64,000 nucleotides of DNA, from contig NC_052157.1 in the NCBI RefSeq assembly GCF_902713615.1, positions 154,169,004 to 154,233,003 of the forward strand, written 5' to 3'. The notes beneath the pieces were generated by a model. That model searched no databases, was not told where the DNA came from, and saw only the letters and a program-made list of their open reading frames with translations. Every line of letters starts with the position of its first letter. The stretch's first letter is position 1. The DNA comes from Scyliorhinus canicula (Eukaryota). A program made the translations under genes and the position numbers. Positions 13,398 to 25,415 of the stretch are shown here, one piece after another.

Positions 13398-13857
13398 ACC
13401 GATTTCTTGAAATGCATTTTCATTGCAGAAATGCAGTATTTAGTCCCAATCACTCATGACCTTTAGTCTGTCACTAACTGGTCTGAAGAGCTGGGCACCA
13501 TGTCATACTAAACACAAGAGTACACAGCACACTAACTTTAGAGGGAAGAATATACTTCTATTTGGCCCGTAAGTCAAAACATCCCATGATAAATCATTTA
13601 CTGATTACTCAGCAAGTGATACAGCAGCTACATTATTGATCATCTGCCATTGTCAAGTTATCATGTTTAGTAAATACAGTAAAACACGAAAGGATAGGGA
13701 CTTCAAGATGATTCAAGGACTTGGGCAGCATTGAACCAGTGGGCTCAAGTTGGTGTTTTAAGATTGCTGCAATAAGAGCATGCTCGCTCCAGTGAAGCTT
13801 ATTTTTCTACTATTACGACACCTAGGGCGTGCACGACCAATTCCAGCTCCACTTGTC

Positions 13858-14021
13858 CTGGAGTCAACACAAGTGAACTAACCAATAATGCTGGAATCAA
13901 CACAAGTGAACTAACCAATAATGCTGGAGTCAACACAAGTGAACTAACCAATAATGCTGGAGTCAACACAAGTGAACTAACCAATAATGCTGGAGTCAAC
14001 ACAAGTGAACTAACCAATAAT
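13858..14021. repeat. 33-bp tandem repeat, about 5 copies
   Basis: Unit gagtcaacacaagtgaactaaccaataatgctg at 13861, 13894, 13927, 13960, 13993. Confidence 0.95.
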
Positions 14022-14261
14022 ACTCCAAACGTCTTTGGCCCTTGGTTGCCCAACAATTACAGTCACCAGGTTTGTAAGTTGAAACACAATTAGTTTTATT
14101 TCTAACCAGAACAATGATGAAATATGCAGCAAAAACGGTTGATTAACTATTAATAAGTATTTAACTCCTACTTTAACTTGCCTCCTACCCTCTATGCACA
14201 TACACACCCACACACACACACATCAGACAAACACAGGGGTGGAAAAGGGGAAACAAACATA

Positions 14262-14420
14262 AGTCCCAAAAGATGTGCTGTTAGGTGAATTGGACATTCT
14301 GAATTCTCCCTCCGAGTATCCGAACAGGCGCCGGAATGTGGCGACGAGGGGCTTTTCACAGTAACTTCATTGCAGAGTTAATGTAAGCCTACTTGTGAAA
14401 ATAAAGATTATTATTGTTAT
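14262..14420 (+). mobile_element. 5'-truncated SINE, type C tail
   Basis: cgaacaggcgccggaatgtggcgacgaggggcttttcacagtaacttcattgc..aataaagattatt. Confidence 0.8.
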
Positions 14421-15061
14421 TAAGTGAAAGAGAAAAGAGTCTTTGCTTCAGGTGATAGTTCTTTGCATGTTTTTTTCACAGTAAGCTTTTAAAAACACTG
14501 TACTCGCATCTTTCCTGGAGAGGCAGAGACTTTGTTTCCTCAAACCTTGCCTACATTTCATGGTTAGCCTTCAGGCCTCTATAGTGCAGAAAAGTTGTAC
14601 TTTCCGGAAAGAGATTTTATTTCGCTTCAAACTGGGCCTTCAGCTCGAGGTCCACATTCAGGCCTCTTAACTTCTGTAGGGAGAGTTAGTCGGGTCTGCC
14701 TTTGCTGTTCAGGAAAGAGAGTTGGTCGGTTCTGGACTCTGCCTGTACATAGATTCATCCAGGCTCTCTGCCAGTTCAGAAACACAGCCTTTCTGCAGAA
14801 AAACGGAGTGGGACCTCGAGGACGAAGGGACCTTTGTGCTGCCAGGAGTCAAACTTAAATTAAAATGGAACCATGGGACTCTGAAACTTTCCAGTGGGAT
14901 CAGATCCAGTCACCACCTGCTACCAGGCAGAGCACAGCCTTATGGGTCAATTCACTGGCCACCAGTCAAATCAATCAAACAGAGTCCCAGCCAATCTTGT
15001 CATTGGTGCCAGTCAGTCTGTGGTCTCCTGTTCAAACCAGTACAAGCTTCTGCTTGAATTA

Positions 15062-15276
15062 AAAAATTTTTTTTTAGAGAACCCAATTATTTTTTTTTCC
15101 CCAATTAAGGGGCAATTTAGTGTGGCCAATTCACCTAACCTGCACATCTTTGGGTTGTGGGTGTGAAACCCACGCAGACACGGGCAGAATGTGCAATCTC
15201 CACACGGACAGTGACCCAATGCCGGGATTCAAGACCGGGTCCTCAGCACTGCAGTGCCAGTGCTAACCACTGCGCC
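15062..15276 (-). mobile_element. V-SINE type B
   Basis: Flanked by an imperfect duplication agcttc(t/g)gctt(g/c)aattaa. Confidence 0.85.
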
Positions 15277-15354
15277 AGCTTCGGCTTCAATTAATGGCTA
15301 AAGCCACTGCTTCCATCTGCTTGAATTAAAGATTCAGGCTGCCTTAAAAGACAA

Positions 15355-15672
15355 ATAGAATCATAGAATCCCTCCAGTCTAGGAGGCCATTCCGCCCAGA
15401 ATCTGCACCAACCCTCTGAAAAGTGCCCGCTACCTCGGCCCACTCCCCTGCTCTATACCCAAAACTCCACCTAATCTGCATATTCCTGAACACTAAGGGA
15501 CAATTTTTATCACTGCCAATCCAGCCAACCCTGCACATCTTTGGACTGTGGATGGAAACTGGAGCACCCAGAGGAAACCCACGGGGAAAGTGCAAACTCC
15601 ACACAGACAGCCACTCAAGGCCAGAATTGAATCCAGGTCCCTGGCTCTGTGAAGCAGCAGTGCTAACCACCT
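15355..15672 (-). mobile_element. V-SINE with CR1-type tail (type A, HE1-like)
   Basis: tRNA head, V core and aatggcctcct..gattctatgattcta tail. Confidence 0.85.
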
Positions 15673-15713
15673 TGCTGACCTGTACATAAATGTCCGTAAA
15701 TCATCCATGGATC

Positions 15714-16395
15714 GGGCGGCACGGTGGCACACTGGTTAGCACTGCTGCCTACGGCTCTGAGGATCCGGGTTCGATCCCGGCCCTGCCTCAGTGTCCATTT
15801 AGACTTTGCACATGCTCCCCGTGTCTGCATGGGTTTCACCCCCACAACCCAAAGATTTACCAAACTGATTCCAGGGATGGCAGGACTGTAATATGAGGAG
15901 AGATTGACTAGGTTAGGATTATTCTCGCTGGAGTTCAGAAGAATGATGGGGGATCTCATAGAATTATACAACTCTAACAGGACTAGACTGGATAGATGCA
16001 GGGAAGATGTTCCCGATGGTGGGTGTGTCCAGAACCAGAGGTCACAGTCTGAAGATTCAGGGTAAACCATTTCGGACAGAGATGAGGAGACATTTCTTCA
16101 CCCAAAGACTGGTGAGCCTGTGGAATTACCACAGGAAGCAGTTGAATATATTCAAGAGGCGGCTAGATATAGCACTTAGGGCAAATGGGATCAAAGGTTG
16201 TGGGGAGAAAGGAGGATTAAGCTGGTGAGTTGAATGACCAGCCATGATCGTGATAAATGGCGGAGCAGGCTCAAAGGGCTCCACCTGCTCCTATCTTCTA
16301 TGTATCTATGTGCAGGGTAGGTGGATTGGTCACACTAAATTGTCCCTTAATTGGAAAAAAATAATTGGGTACTCTAAATTTATTTATTTTTTAAA
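15714..16395 (+). mobile_element. V-SINE type B split by a CR1 3' fragment (about 15857-16309)
   Basis: SINE reads ..cccaaagat|insert|gtgcagggtagg..; the insert encodes SRTRGHSLKIQGKPFRTEMRRHFFTQR; TSD core ccatggat at 15705-15712 and 16401-16408. Confidence 0.88.
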
Positions 16396-16491
16396 GTTAC
16401 CCATGGATTAAAAATGTAACGCCTAAACTAAAAGAAAGGGGAACCAAGGAAAAAAGGAGGGAATACAAACTTGTTTTAGGAAAGACAAAGG

Positions 16492-16860
16492 GTATTGTCA
16501 CTGGACAAGTAATGCAAAGACCCAGGATAATGGTCTGTGAGATTCTGAGTTCAAAACTCACCATGGCAGAGTGTGAAATTTGAATTCAGGAATTAAAAGT
16601 CTTATGATGGCCATGAACCCATTGCCGATTGGCTTAAAAACTCATCTGGTTCACTAATGTCCTGAGAGAAGGAAATCTGCCCTAGTTACCTGGTCTGGCC
16701 TACATGCGACTCCAGACCCACATAGCGATGTGGTTGACTCTTAACTAACCCCCACCCCAATAAAATGGCATAGCAAGCCACTCAGTTCAAGGGCAATTAG
16801 GGATGGCAGCAAATGCTGGCCCAGCCAGCAATGCCCACATCCCAAGAACAAATTTTTTTT
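16492..16860 (+). mobile_element. tRNA-derived SINE of a second family (core ctggttcactaatgtcc..gaaggaaatctgcc, possibly Meta-domain type)
   Basis: Second copy at 60332-60665; 3' tail shared with the LINE at 4700-5840. Confidence 0.75.
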
Positions 16861-17021
16861 AATGCTCAGGATCAAAACATAATCGATTTCACAACTTAGA
16901 AACATTCATCACAAAACACCAGGTTATCTCGGTCTGGATAAATCCACACACCAGGTATTCTCCGAGCTTGAGAGGTTATCAAAAATATGAAGACAGGTGG
17001 CAATGAAATATATGTATCAGG

Positions 17022-17296
17022 ACAAGTGGTTAGCACGGTTGCTTCACAGCACCAGGGTACCGGGTTCGATTCCCGGCTTGGGTCACGGTTTGTGTGGAGT
17101 CGGCACGTTCTCCCAGTGTCTGCGTGGGTTTCCTCCGGGCGCTCCGGTTTCCTCCCACAAGTCCCAAAAGACGTGCTTGTTAGGTGAATTACACATTCTG
17201 AATTCTCCCTCCGTGTACCCGAACAGGCAGCGGAGTGTGGCGACTAGGGGCTTTTCACAGTAACTTCAATGCAGTGTTAATAATAAAGATTATTAG
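17022..17296 (+). mobile_element. V-SINE with type C tail
   Basis: V core followed by gtcccaaaagacgtgc..ggggcttttcacagtaac..aataaagattatt. Confidence 0.87.
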
Positions 17297-18237
17297 TTGC
17301 AGATGACATGATTGGACTATAATTTAATCGACATGGGTGGCATGCAAGAGAAAATGTCATCAATTCTTCTGGAAACTGGCTGTCAATGGACAGGAAAAAG
17401 TTTGTTTTGCTGCACCATATGTTATGGCCAATTGTATGGGTGCTTGGCTTAACAGAACATTGACAAATAGAGGAGAGATCAGGTTACATACAACAAATTG
17501 TGGTTTTGTGTGTAGGTTTATTCTACAGCTAGCTTTGATGCAAATAAAAATGCAAACTTAGCTGGAATACACATTTAATTTACAACTCTGCAGCCAAATC
17601 TGATTTTTATATGTGCAAGTCAAGGTTAACAATTGTTCCCAAATATCTTTCTATGAAATGGACAGTCTTTGACCGGTTATGAATGGCAGGCTTGCTGAAC
17701 TAAAACTATTGCATTTACATGTGCCAAAGTTAAACTTCCAAGACCAAATGTTGAGTCAAAATAAAAAAATAGGGTATCGACTTTTAGGAGCAATATTTGA
17801 GAGGCTGAAATCCACCTTCTCCCATCATCTCGAAATCGCAGAGTTGCCAGATATATGATTGTTCCCCCCAACTCAAATCCCAGAAGCTGCTCAAAAGGAG
17901 TCAAATAATTTTTAATACATTTTTATTTACAAATAATAAGCTCTCTGGTGACAGATATCAATTTCTGCATATTAAATTCAAAGGCAAAAGCCATACATAC
18001 AAATTGATATAATTTCATTCAGTTTTTTCTCTGTGCAGAAAAGAACACACTGAACATGTATAAAAATCCATAAATATCACACTCATCTCCAGAAGCAAAT
18101 ACCATAATCCGATCGGTTTCTTGAATGGCATCATCAGATGGATCATCAACATAATTTTCAACAGCAAGTCATCATTGGCCATATAATTCCAGAAATAATA
18201 ATTTTCCTGTGGCATCAGTTCACTAGATATCCTACAT

Positions 18238-18538
18238 GGCGGCACGGTAGCACAGTGGTTAGCACTGTTGCTTCACAGCACCAGGATCGATTCCCGGCTT
18301 GGGTCACTGTCTGTGCGGAGTCTGCACGTTCTCCCAGTGTCTGCGTGGGTTTCCTCCGGGTGCTCCGGCTTCCTCCCACAGGTCCCGAAAGACGTGCTGT
18401 TAGGTGAATTGGACATTCTGAATTCTCCCTCCGTGTACCCGAACAGGCGCTGGAATGTGGCGACATGGGGATTTTCACAGTAACTTCAGTGCAGTGACAA
18501 TGTAAGTCTACTTGTGCCAATAAAAACGATTATTATTT
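18238..18538 (+). mobile_element. V-SINE with type C tail
   Basis: Full head ggcggcacggtagcacagtggttagc, V core and type C tail. Confidence 0.88.
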
Positions 18539-18559
18539 CTTACACGATTGGATGACAGT

Positions 18560-19990
18560 TTCCATTGATTTTATCGCAGGCCTCTACAACATATTGAGGA
18601 TTTTCAATGTCGGAGCCTGCATAGTCCCCTTACTGCAATGTCTTCTCTGATGATCCAGTCATTCCACTTTTTTCTCATGCTATCCTTGGAGGACATTTTT
18701 ATAGAGAGACACCCAATGAGGAGAGGTTCTTTCTCTTTACGCAATCCTCTAGACCGGAACCTCCAAACTTTCCTCAGCCATATTTTCAAGCCACCTTCAC
18801 CATCTTTTATTATGAATGTGGATGACTACTCCTGCTTCGGGAGGGATTTTCCCTTTAATATCACAATTGGCTTAAGCTCTGTCCCATCCAACAAACGCAA
18901 CTGCGCAATGGTGATTCTATGAGCAGTTGTCTTCACTAACACTTGTTTTCCCTCCAACTTTGCTCACTATTTTACTGGCTGGCATGTTCATGGGAGTCTT
19001 ATTCACGTTTCCAATACAGGCTAGTCTGTACCCATTTGTTTGTCGATGTCTGATTATAAACGGAAATGCAATAAGCCTGTCATCAGGTTCTGCAGGGAGA
19101 CGTTTTGAAATCTTGGTCTTCTGATGCAGTACAAAATTGTTTCTCTTCATAAAGCTGATAAACACCACCCAGTGCTGCCTTCGAATCTTGCAATGCCTCA
19201 TTTTAAGAACATAAGAGAAGGCCATTCAGCCCTACAAGCCTGCTCCACTATTCAATGAGACCATGGCTGATTTTCTACCTGATATAAGCATGTAAGGAAC
19301 ATAGAATTGCTAAGTACAGTCATAGACATAGAACATAGAATTACTACAGTGCAGAAGGAGGCCATTCGGCTGATTGAGTCTGCCCCAGCCCTCTGAAAGA
19401 GCACCCTACCTCGACCCACTTCCCCATCCTATCCCTGTAACCCCACCTAACCTGCACACCTTTAGACACCAAGGGTCAATTTTAGCATGGCCAATGCACC
19501 TAACCAGCACATCTTTGGACTGCGGGACGAAACTGGAGCACCCGGAGCAAACCCACACATACACAGGAAGAACATACAAACTCCACACAATCACCCAAGG
19601 CCGGAATTGAACCCGGGTCCCTGACACTGAGGCAGCAGTGCTAACCATGCCACAAGGAGGAGGAAATAAGAGCTAGCAGTTTTCTTGCTAATTTCAGGGC
19701 GAATATTCTCGATCTTGAAGAAACTGAGTCCATTCTGGGGATTTTCATTGACATATTTTGTAACTTTTGTCTTCCACTTGCAGCCATATGGTAGGCTTTC
19801 TTCGGTTTGTGCAGTTGTTCTTAAGTTTTATTTGTATCTTTGCAAGCAGTGTAGAGAGCATCCTGCAGTCTACGACATTCTTCTCCACTATCGTGAATTC
19901 TCCAGCTACTGCACAATTATTTGTCTGCTCTGCAACCTCATTGACTTCAAGTTTGAACTGGACCGTTCCTTCTTGATATTGTGTTGTCAC
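18560..19990 (-). pseudogene. Decayed pogo-family (POGK/Tigger-like) transposase
   Basis: Frame fragments: FKLEVNEVAEQTNNCAVAGEFTIVEKNV (Brinker-type DBD), FMKRNNFVLHQKTKISKRLP..IGNVNKTPM (HTH to DDE start), MKIWLRKVW (DDE_1); many stops and frameshifts. Confidence 0.72.
19321..19652 (-). mobile_element. V-SINE type A inserted in the transposase relic
   Basis: V core with CR1-type (ttctatg)n tail. Confidence 0.85.
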
Positions 19991-20003
19991 ATTAGAGGAA
20001 GGG

Positions 20004-22924
20004 GAGGGAGAGACTGGTGGGGGAGCTGCTGAGTGTAGATAGGAGGTATGCGGAGGCCCTGGAGGAGGGATTGTTGGGGGAGCGGCGTAGCCTGCAGGCC
20101 AAGTTTGATTTACTGACCACCAGAAAGGCGGAGACACAGTGGAGGAAGGCGCAGGGAGCGGTCTACGAATATGGAGAGAAGGCGAGCAGGATGCTGGCGC
20201 ATCAGCTCCGCAAGCGGGATGCGGCTAGGGAGATTGGTGGAGTGAAGGATAGGGGTGGGAATGTGGTGCGGAAGGGGGTAGAGGTCAATGGGGTCTTCAG
20301 GGACTTCTACAGGGAACGCCGATCAAGTTGGAGGAGCTGGTTAGAGGGATTGGCCACATGCAGTTGGGGAAGGCGCCGGGGCCGGATGGGTTCCCGGTTG
20401 AATTTTATAAAAAATATGCGGACCTGTTGGGCCCCCTGCTGGTTCGGACCTTTAACGAGGCATTGGAGGGGGGAGTTTTGCCCCCGACGATGTCACAGGC
20501 GCTGATTTCCCTGATCCTGAAGCGAGATAAGGACCCCCTTGCAGTGTGGATCATATAGGCCAATTTCACCGTTGAACGTGTACGTCAAGTTGCTGACGAA
20601 GATCTTGGCCACTAGAGTAGAGGACTGTGTGCCGGGGGTGATACATGAAGATCAGACGGGTTTTGTGAAGGGGAGGCAGCTGAACACTAACGTGCGAAGG
20701 CTGCTAAATGTGATAATGATGCCGGCGGCAGAAGGAGAGGCGGAAATTGTGGTGGCGTTGGATGCGGAGAAGGCCTTTGATAGGGTTGAGTGGGGGTACT
20801 TGTGGGAGGTGTTAGAGAGGTTCGAGTTTGGGGAGGGGTTTATTAAATGGGTGAGGTTGCTGTACGAGGCCCCGATGGCGAGTGTAGCGACAAATGGGAG
20901 GAGCTCCGAGTACTTCAGGCTCCACCGTGGGACGAGGCAGGGGTGCCCCCTGTCCCCCTTGCTTTTTGCATTGGCAATTGAGCCTCTGGCCATGGCGCCA
21001 AGGGAGTCGGGGAGGTGGAGGGGTCTGGTGCGGGGTGGGGAGGAGCACCGAGTGTCACTTTATGCAGATGACTTGTTGCTGTATGTAGCAGACGCGGTGG
21101 GGGGAATGCCGGAGGTGATGGAGATTCTTGCTGAGTTTGGGAGTTTCTCGGGCTACAAGTTAAACCTGGGCAAGAGCAAGCTGTTTGTTGTACATCCGGG
21201 AGATCAGGAGGAGGAGATTGATAGGCTCCCGCTAAAAAGGGCAGTGAGGAGTTTTAGGTACCTGGGGGTTCAGGTGGCTAGGAGTTGGGGGACTTTGCAT
21301 AAGCTTAATATTACTAGGTTGGTGGAGCAGATGGAGGAGGAGTTTAAAAGGTGGGACATGCTGCCGCTGTCGTTGGCGGGTAGAGTACAGTCCGTTAAAA
21401 TGACGGTGCTCCCGAGGTTTTTGTTTTTGTTCCAGTGCCTCCCCATTTTTATTCCGAGGGCCTTTTTTAGGAGGGTGAACAGCAGCATCACGGGATTTAT
21501 TTGGGCGCACGGGACTCCGAGGGTGAGGAGGGCCTTTTTGGAGCGGGGCTGGAGTTGCCCAACCTCTCTGGGTACTATTGGGCGGCTAATGTCTCGATGG
21601 TACGCAAGTGGGCAATGGATGGGGAGGGGCAGCATGGAAACGGATGGAGATGGCGTCCTGTGGAGGCACGAGCCTGAAGGCACTGGTAACGGCGCCGTTG
21701 CCGCTCCCTCCAACGAGGTACACCACGAGCCCGGTGGTGACGGCTACCCTCAAGATTTGGGGGCAGTGGAGGCGACACAGGGGGGAAGTGGGGTCTCGGT
21801 GGAGGCCCTGCTGCGGGGGAACCACCGGTTTGTCCCAGGGAACATTGATAGCGGGTTCCTGGGGTGGCACAGGGCGGGCATAAGGAAGTTGGGAGACCTG
21901 TTCATTGCCGGGAGGTTTGCGAGCCTGGGTGAGCTGGAGGAGAAGTTTGAGCTCCCCCCGGGGAATATGTTCAGGTACCTTCAGGTCAAGGCGTTTGCTA
22001 GGCGGCAGGTGGAGGGGTTCCCTTTTCTGCCCCCGCGGGGGGTAAGGGATAGGGTGCTTTCGGCGGTGTGGGTCGGGGATGGGAAGGTGTCTGACATCTA
22101 CCAGGTGATGCAGGAGGTGGAGGAGGCGTCGGTAGAGGAGCTGAAGGCTAAGTGGGAAGTGGAGCTGGGGAAGCAGATTGAGGAGGGGACATGGGCGAAC
22201 GCCCTGGAGAGAGTAAACTCCTCCTCTTCATGTGCGAGGCTTAGCCTCATCCAGTTCAAGGTACTGCACAGGGCTCATATGTCCGGGACAAGGATGAGCA
22301 GGTTTTGTGGGAGTGAGGACAGGTGCATTAAGTGTTCGGGAAGCCCAGCGAACCATGCCCATATATTTTGGGCATGCCCGGCACTGGGGGAATTCTGGCA
22401 GGGGGTGGCGAGGACGGTGTTGAGGGTGGTAGGGTCCAGGGTCAAGCCAGGCTGGAGACTCGCGATATTTGGGGTTGGGGTGGAGTCGGGAGTGCAGGAG
22501 GCAAAAGAGGCTGGTGTTTTGGCCTTTGCGTCCCTAGTAGCCCGGCGGAGGATCTTGTTGCAATGGAAAGATGCGAGACCCCCAAGCGTGGAGACCTGGA
22601 TCAATGACATGGCGGGATTCATTAAGCTGGAAAAGGTCAAATTCGCCCCGAGGGGGTCAGTACAAGGGTTCTTTAGGCGGTGGCAGCCTTTCCTCGACTT
22701 TCTGGCGCAACGATAGGGAACTAGGTCAGCAGCAGCAGCAACCCGGGGGGGGGAATTGTTTATGTTAATTTAATTTATTTTAAATTTATTTTGTTGTTCA
22801 TCGGGTTTTGGGGGGGGGGGGGGGGGTTCGTTATATGCGTTGTTACGGGTTCGGGGGTGTTTATTGTTATTATTATTATTGTTCTGTTGTTATACATTTT
22901 CAATAAAAATCATTTTTAAAAAAA
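20004..22924 (+). mobile_element. 5'-truncated L1-clade LINE (2.9 kb; RT to 3' end)
   Basis: RT motifs LDAEKAFDRV, GTRQGCPLSP, LYADD; 15-bp TSD acattagaggaaggg at 19989-20003 and 22925-22939. Confidence 0.97.
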
Positions 22925-23315
22925 ACATTAGAGGAAGGGATTGCCAGGGACATGGTGCGCAACAGTAACATCACATGTGATATGCACAGACACGAGGAGC
23001 TGAATCGTCACCTTAAATGGTGTGCTATTCTTTGATTCTACAAATAGATCTGCACCAGGGTACGTTTGACTTCAGCAGCGTGCAGGTGGGGAGTACACAG
23101 AGTTGCGATTTTTTGCCTAAAAGCCAGGGTTAACTTCGACCCTCGTTATTCGAATGGACACAGAAAATATACAAAAGCAAAGTCTTTACAGCAGTTTCAA
23201 ATTGTTCACTTATCAATGGTTATCTATTAATGAAACTAATGATGGTCAGATTCATTTGACATCAGTGGTAGAACGACGTGGAATGAATAAGGCATCAATA
23301 AAGTAGACTACTTAC

Positions 23316-23404
23316 AGGTGGAGAAGCAAAATGACAAGATGGAGAGCTGCCACAAGAGCTACCAGAAACGGAACCAGGGCACGTGGGTACAGGCACAGGG
23401 CACG
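23316..23404 (-). CDS. ULK2: ULK2 coding exon (89 nt; [30 protein letters not shown])
   Basis: ctgtag|CG TGC CCT GTG...CCA CCT|gtaagt; close to ULK2 [24 protein letters not shown]. Confidence 0.96.
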
Positions 23405-24349
23405 CTACAGATATAATGGTTACAATCCATTAGGTTTAAGTACTATATTTCATTATGGCTTTCCATTAGAACATCCAATTGCATTGATCAAATATTTCAA
23501 GCACACTCTCTTATCATCCAACTATGCCCAGATTTAAACAGGGCCTGATGAGGAGGCACAATATAAACAGTGATGGGCAATTTCCATAATATCATGTTTT
23601 CACTTCCCTTGATGCTGTTGAGCAGAGAAGTAGAGCAAAGCTTGAACAAAAGTGTCGGAGGGGAGACCCAACTACAGGCTATGTTATGCCTGCAGCAGAC
23701 AAATGCCACTCCAGTCACGGAAATTATAATTTATGTGAAATAATGCCTTCAGCTTCAGCCTCTCCCAATCCCGTTGATGTTAACTTTGCTGTTTCCTTTG
23801 GCAGGTAATTTATACACACCTTTTTAAATACGGTACACTGAGAACATAAAACAATAATGAGGAGCAGAAGCTATAGTTTAAAAGCTTTGTTTAACTTTCC
23901 CTGCGCTACCGAAGAGTTTTTGTCCAAATGCCTTCAGGCTCTAAGGACTGCTAAGCAGTGCTGATTTCAGAGCCAAAATGAATGTGTAAACCAATATATA
24001 ATTTAACTCAAAACATTCAGCTCAAGGAAATGGTTTAAGCCAGTGAAAAACTTTTTTTTAAAAAAAATTGTTATTGCAACCACTGAAATATACAATGACA
24101 GTCAATAGGAAGAGGAAACCAATAGCCAACAATAAATTGGCAGAGGCCACAAATATGCTTTGACAGATGGGCCTGCAAAGGGGAGGTACAATTGTATGAT
24201 CCGTGCAACTGGATGTAAAAATACATGAACAAAATAGTTTGAAGGAAATAGGGCGGGGTTGTAGCTGGGGAAAAATATTCTACCATTTCTAATAAAGTGA
24301 GCTGGACTCAACTCACTAACGGCTATTTGAGATTACGTATGATGCCCAA

Positions 24350-24581
24350 GGGCAGCACGGTGGCCTAGTGGTTAGCACAGCTGCCTCACGGCGCTGAGGT
24401 CCCAGGTTCGATCCCGGCTCTGGGTCACTGTCCGTGTGGAGTTTGCACATTCTCCCCGTGTCAGCGTGGGTTTCGCCCCCACAACCCAAAAATGTGCAGA
24501 GGTGGTGGATTGGCCATGCTAAATTGCCCCTTAATTGGAAAAAATAATTGGTTAACCTAAATTTTTATTTTTTTTTTTAAA
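24350..24581 (+). mobile_element. V-SINE type B with 13-bp TSD
   Basis: TSD gtatgatgcccaa at 24337-24349 and 24582-24594. Confidence 0.93.
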
Positions 24582-24801
24582 GTATGATGCCCAAATATCA
24601 CAAGTTGTTCAGTTTCATTGAAGTATCTTGAAAGACCACCCATGTGAACATTAGACGCAAATAAGGACCCAAGTATAAACACATGTTCTGGGAGCCATCA
24701 GTTACCCCGAGGAGATGCTTGGCTAATTACAGTCAATTGCTTTGGGAGATAAGGAGTGAAGTGGTCGAAATAGGATTTCTCTCCACATTTTTTTGGGATA
24801 A

Positions 24802-24849
24802 ATTTAGAGTACCCAATATTTAGAGTACCCAATATTTAGAGTGCCCAAT
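24802..24849 (-). repeat. Three tandem copies of a 16-bp unit equal to the type B SINE 3' terminus
   Basis: atttagagtacccaat x3 (third copy has one mismatch). Confidence 0.85.
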
Positions 24850-24980
24850 TTTTTTGTTGGCACTATTCATTGTTAGCACTATCTTCCTTATAAACCAAAT
24901 CAAAAAGACCTTTGCAGCAATTTCCCCTACGATTTAGAAACAACCACTCAAATTATAATAAAACAAAGCCACTGACTTAC

Positions 24981-25031
24981 ATTTTTTGACCGACAAAGTT
25001 TGATCCATGAAAGGATGGTTAAAGAATGTTT
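24981..25031 (-). CDS. ULK2: ULK2 coding exon (51 nt; ETFFNHPFMDQTLSVKK), end of kinase domain
   Basis: tttttcag|AA ACA TTC TTT AAC CAT CCT TTC...AAA AAA T|gtaagt; FFxHPF motif; phase 1-1. Confidence 0.93.
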
Positions 25032-25193
25032 CTGAAAAACAAAAATTCAGTTTGTTTTATTCCTTGAAACTCCTGACGATGTAGAGCTGCCTCTGAATAC
25101 TTTCAGCAAGATTTCAGTGAACAAAGATTACAAGCTACAAAGATGTGTCATTTGCCTCAAAAGGCACTGTACTTTCCAGTGAAACATTTTAAA

Positions 25194-25415
25194 AATGGAA
25201 TTTAGAGTACCCAATTCATTTTTTTTCCAATTAAGGGGCAATTTAATGTGGCCAATCCACCTATCCTGCACATCTTTGGGTTGTGGGGGCGAAACCCACG
25301 CAAACACGGGAAGAATGTGCAAACTCCACATGGACACTGACCCAGGGCTGCGATTGAACCTGGGACCTCGGCGCCGTGAGGCAGCAATGCTAACCACTGC
25401 ACGACCATGCTGCCC
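25194..25415 (-). mobile_element. V-SINE type B
   Basis: About 20-bp TSD ttcc(a/t)gtg(a/c)aacattttaaa at 25174 and 25416. Confidence 0.9.

Larger units (their letters stand above)
13811..15350 (-). mobile_element. Probable LTR remnant containing a tandem array and nested SINEs; right boundary uncertain (may extend to about 16467)
   Basis: Minus-strand end ..ggtgtcgtaata resembles an LTR terminus; AATAAA and GT-rich segment on the minus strand; no TSD found. Confidence 0.45.

Noticed and set aside
13799-14056. ORF with LLVSSLVLTPA repeats and CRISPR-like 33-bp periodicity
   Set aside because: Head-to-tail tandem repeat without spacers; the shared 33-bp length with the 50.7-kb array is coincidental, as the sequences are unrelated
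18105-18142. CTGATGA..GAAA on the minus strand
   Set aside because: Stem II and stem I cannot form; chance match inside the transposon relic
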